Below, one piece after another: positions 59,566 through 64,000 of a stretch of DNA of 64,000 nucleotides. Positions within the stretch are counted from its first letter, which is position 1, and the number at the start of each line of letters is the position of its first letter. Below the pieces are notes generated by a model that did no database searches, was not told the origin of the DNA, and saw nothing but the letters and a program-made list of their open reading frames with translations. The position numbers and the translations under genes were made by a program. The stretch comes from Tubiluchus corallicola (lineage: Eukaryota > Animalia > Priapulida). The stretch lies in NCBI GenBank assembly GCA_030141605.1, contig JAQGDQ010000138.1:310001-374000 (forward strand), in the 5' to 3' direction.

Positions 59566-62500
59566 TACAAATTTCAAATTTAACTATATAATTATGATAA
59601 TAATTATATCAGTATCAGTAGTTTGAACTGTAGCTGACTTCATAACAATCACTTAGCACATTGTTTTTGCTCAGCAATACAAGCAACAGTCACATGTGAG
59701 TTAACACAAAGGCGCGATGACCAGTGTTTCCCATTAGTACTAAAATAAATCCATTCTCAAATTTTTATGACGTCTGTTTTCGTTTTATCTTTGAGCATGA
59801 ATGGGTTAACACGTTTGCTTAATTTAATATTTGATAAATTTTTTTCTCTAAATGGTTTCTCTGCAGAACTATCTATCTTCATTTTGTTTCTCATTAGCTA
59901 TAACTTCGAGCAATTAGAGGAAGAACTGACCCAATGTTAAACCATATCTCAAAATGATCTAAAAATAATATTGTTACCACAAAAGTGTAATTTTGCTTCG
60001 CTGTGCTAGTTTTCGGTATTGCAAGAACTTGGCCATTCACTAGGCTGGTTAACATAGAGCCTGCATCTCAAAAATGCGTCACACAAAAAACAGGCACTGT
60101 ACCTCTCAATTCTGTTCTGACATAGAAAACACTTGTAGTGAAATCACGTGCTGGCACAGTGGCAAAACTGGAACTTAAATTTTTAATTTAAAATTTCCGA
60201 GTTGGTGTAAACCACAGTTAGTGCTTGTACAGCTCTCTGCATTTCAAGTTTCGTTTTTACAAACACATGCAACATGCTCATGGAATGTTTGTGTCATTAC
60301 AATATTATATTAATTAAGTTTCTAAGCTGATTACCAAAAACGCTTTGTCACTTTTATATGTGTTAAAATGTATATGGTTTATTTCTTGTACTTCCAAATG
60401 GAGTAGAGAATGAAAAACATCCTGTTTTCCTTTAAGCAGAATGGCAATAGAAAGACATACTTAACTTTGTTGCCTCGAAAGAGCTCTTAATGATATTTAA
60501 TTAAGCATGTAGGATGCAAATACAGGTTCAACAACATATGCATAAATTACTAGGACATGCAATCTGGTTACTCCCTATGAAAAGCACCTGTAATATCTGC
60601 AGTCAAATTAGTCAAGTATGCTATAGTTGTTAAAATGAATACTCGGATATAAATACTCGGTTATATCGGGAATGGTAAACTTTAGTTTTAATTAGTTAGC
60701 CGAATAATTAATGAAACACATTATTTTGAGAAGATAAGGTGCAATTTTGTTTTCACCTAACATGCTAAAATGTGTTTTGGTCTTGGAATTATGTGTGCAT
60801 GCTCAGTTACCTTTGTTATGGGTTATAATACAGATATAAGCTCAATCCTGATATTTAGAAGTATTATAGTTAACGAGTGCAAATGGCCAAATTTAACTAG
60901 AGGCTACAGAAGAAACATAGTTCCACCTATATTCAGAAAATAGTTTTTCCTAAATGACTGGAATTAACTGACTAACCTATCCACAAGACACCATCCGTGT
61001 TGAGCTCTGTCGCTCCAGGTTGTGAAGTACCAGTTACAGCAGGTTCATCATCTAACTGTAATGTTGCTAAACGTTTCTTTCTGTAAAATAAAGGAATTTT
61101 AGTTTGGCATTTTAAACTACTTTTGTTTCTTCAGGTGACATCTCGTTTTAAATAATTGCGCAAAAATCTCATTCAACATGGTTTGGCTTATAGGCAAACT
61201 CCCATAATTATGGTGATTTTCAGAAATTACAGAGAAGCTTATAATACAGCCTTGCCTATAGTTTATATAAAACTTGGTAATATGAAAAGCGCAAACTACA
61301 CTTCAAATTCCATCAACATATTTTTATGTGAAAGAGCAAAAGTATGTAGCAATGGATACTACGAAACATGCTTAATGAAAAATTCTTTTACATTCCTTAA
61401 AATTGTTTTAATATAACATGTCAATGTGTAAAAAATGGTATACCTCGTGACATTTAAGGTGTGCCAATTCCCATCATTTACTAGCACTTTAGATCGAAGA
61501 GTAAGCATGTCTTCTTCCTTGCCCAGGTTGTAACTCAACTCCACATATCTATAAAATTTACACTTTGATATTAGCAAAAAGAATTGCAACTGATAAAACA
61601 ATATAACAAGATATAGTGCGAGTTTTATTAAATAAATGTTATTTAAAATTTTTTAACTAGATAAGTCAATATTGCCAGTTTACAGAACTCTAGAATGTGC
61701 TGACAAATTTAGACAACAGAAATCCCATAAAAAGGCACATTTTTTGTTTTGTTAGACATTATAATCATTTAATGTCTAACAAATTTTTTTACATGTTATA
61801 TTACCAAAGATTTAATTGTGATTTGTATGCTTGCAAACCAAAACTGTCCATAAATTGGCATACTTAAAATTGCATTATGATACTTCAAAGTAGAATGCAC
61901 CAAAAATTTGGTAAAATGTCAATTTTTTGTTTATTATAAAAACAAATGCAAAATATATTAGACTTTTATATTCTAGCACAAAATTATCAAGAAAATGTTC
62001 AAACAATATTAAAAATCTAATTTTATAACCCCAAGTACACTTTTCTGGGTAGAAACTAGTACTGTAATTGTAAAAACTTGTATTTTCAAACTCCGATTGT
62101 AGCTGGTGGAAGGAGTCATTTTGCTTCGGGTTTTTTCTATTGCCAAGCCCAGATCTTCATCAGAAAGGGTCATCTACTGGATTTAAACATAACTTCAATA
62201 AGTTCTTCTTACAAAGTACGTAGCAACCAACATTTGCGCGGTTGCTAAGTGTGTTGCAGAAACGCGACAAAAAATAATGGCTTACTTTAACAGCGATTTC
62301 TCAAGATTATGTTTTTCAGTGTATAGCGTGCACCTCAACTTCAATGTGGATATTCTCAGCATAGAACGATAACATAGCATGATTCTCATAGAATGCAGAT
62401 TCAGTATATGTGAATAACAAGAAAAGCTTAACTGCCGACTTATGGACGATTTTGCTATGCAAGCACACATTTAAATTTCAGATTGATTGTACAAAAAATT

Positions 62501-64000
62501 ATCTATTCACACGATAGAAAGCTAGACTGCAACACATGAATCATATAAATTTGAATTTAACAAAACAATGCTTCTAGCTGAGCCAGGAGGACAATTTAAG
62601 AAACAGTAATTTAAATGAATAAAAAATCTTAATGAACGTATCTATCTACCATAACTTATTACAAGTTGACACATCACTTTGCATTGTTGAAAGAATCCAT
62701 AATAGGTTCCAAAACATCTATTAATTGCAATCAAAGAATCTTTCTTTTATCTTGTGCAATGTTCTATTTGTTATATTTAATGTTGATGTTAATATTTAAT
62801 GTTATATACACTAATGGCTTGCATCCATAAAAACATTTAACGAAAAATTTTCCTTCTGATAAAAAAACTATGCTCACCCATCTAAAACAGCTAGTGTCAA
62901 GTAATCTCCTTTAATTGTCATTCCTTTCTTTTGTAAAAGAATCAAGCCATTTTTTGATGTAGTTCTGAATGTCAGCTGATATCGATTGCTCATTTGCCCC
63001 AAAATACTGAATGTACAAAACAAAAATAAATAAGTGTGGGAAGGAACATGTTTCAGCCTTCCCTGCATTTAATATAAAATTTAAGAAAAATCACCTTCAG
63101 CCGAGCAAATTGGAATAAAGTCTTATAAGTGCAATGTAGATTTCTGCAAGGTAAAACACTTGTAAATTCAAACTGAAAGCCAAGGCCACAATTTTTGATA
63201 TGTAAAACACTCGACCAAACAAAATCAGTGGCACTGGCTGATGGAGGTAAAGGGCAATGAAATGAAATGTTTCTGATCAACAATTGCTTAAGTTCGAAAA
63301 ATCTGTATCAAGAATTGAACATAACAAGCAGTGCTTGCGTTTAGTCTACTCACACTTTGTCAAAAAAGTTATTGTAATGAAGATATGTTTGACCATCGAA
63401 CTTTACTGGTTGATCCAACTCTCCATTTGACGCTACAGAGAAAAAAATTAGAAACTCCAGAACAACAACAAGATAATTATAATGAGAATATCACGTGAAA
63501 CCAAATGCTAATAAGATTGCATTTGTTCTACAATAATCCCCACAACGTTGACGCTTTGTGAATACTACTGCTGAGCAGAGCAAATAAAAAACTGTTTAGC
63601 ATTTACACGTAGTGTGACAAATAAGCAGTCTTAGTCTTAGAATATCTAGAAAGTCTATTAGCTAGGCTACAACTACATTGCAACATAAAACTTTACTGAA
63701 CACATGTTTAATAAAGAAGAGATAATGAATCACAAATTTTTTATTTTGATAATATGAATTTATTGAATATGGTGTACACTTCCAGTTTGTTTCAAAATGC
63801 TAAATGATAGCGACATCAAATAAAACAGCAATCATTAACTTACTTTTCTCACAAGCCTTTCCCATGTATTCTGGGGGACACTTGCACATAAAGTCGTTCA
63901 AGTTAGGGATGCAAGTTCCGCCATGAAGACAAGGAGACTCTTGGTGACACGGAGGCCCCACATAACGCGCAATTGCAAAATTATCTGTAGCCCCAAAAAG
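58406..64000 (-). CDS. AGRN: Agrin-like protein, 3' part only (last EGF domain + terminal laminin-G domain); 5' end lies beyond the window
   Basis: Exons >64000-63844 (PCHQESPCLHGGTCIPNLNDFMCKCPPEYMGKACEK), 63432-63354 (PVKFDGQTYLHY), 63006-62878 (SNRYQLTFRTTSKNGLIL...DYLTLAVLDG), 61548-61444 (YVELSYNLG), 61080-60977 (GTSQPGATELNTDGVLWIG) and 58569-58406 (GLPDDYYQGFQGCI...LHL...C...*). Domain order, motifs and intron phases fit agrin LG3; the related EGFLAM family is not formally excluded. Confidence 0.8.
58655..59030. repeat. Tandem duplication of ~190 bp in the last agrin intron
   Basis: CTGT.ACATCAT.GAAATAAA.TGTTCTCAATTCATAGCATG...TTTAGCTATACAC occurs twice head-to-tail. Confidence 0.9.

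Overview
AT-rich, intron-rich animal (probably invertebrate) genomic DNA; no prokaryotic features. Manual splice reconstruction supports six protein genes. (1) A complete ~37-exon focadhesin (FOCAD) gene on + (550-35052). (2) An intronless rhodopsin-family orphan GPCR nested antisense in FOCAD intron 16. (3) An SLC10 (Na+/bile-acid symporter family) gene on -, followed by a relic copy of its last exon. (4) A complete AP2M1 on - (11 coding exons, 433 aa). (5) RPL22 on +, head-to-head with AP2M1. (6) The 3' end of an agrin-like gene (EGF + last laminin-G domain) on -. The best non-obvious signals are a well-formed box C/D snoRNA in the last RPL22 intron whose guide matches 18S rRNA, a candidate 6-nt His-x microexon in AP2M1 at the position of the vertebrate His-Gln microexon, two GC-AG introns, and several small mobile elements with diagnostic ends. 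Identifications rest on remembered protein and RNA sequences, not on database searches. I found no convincing wholly new biological system; the findings are testable local features.
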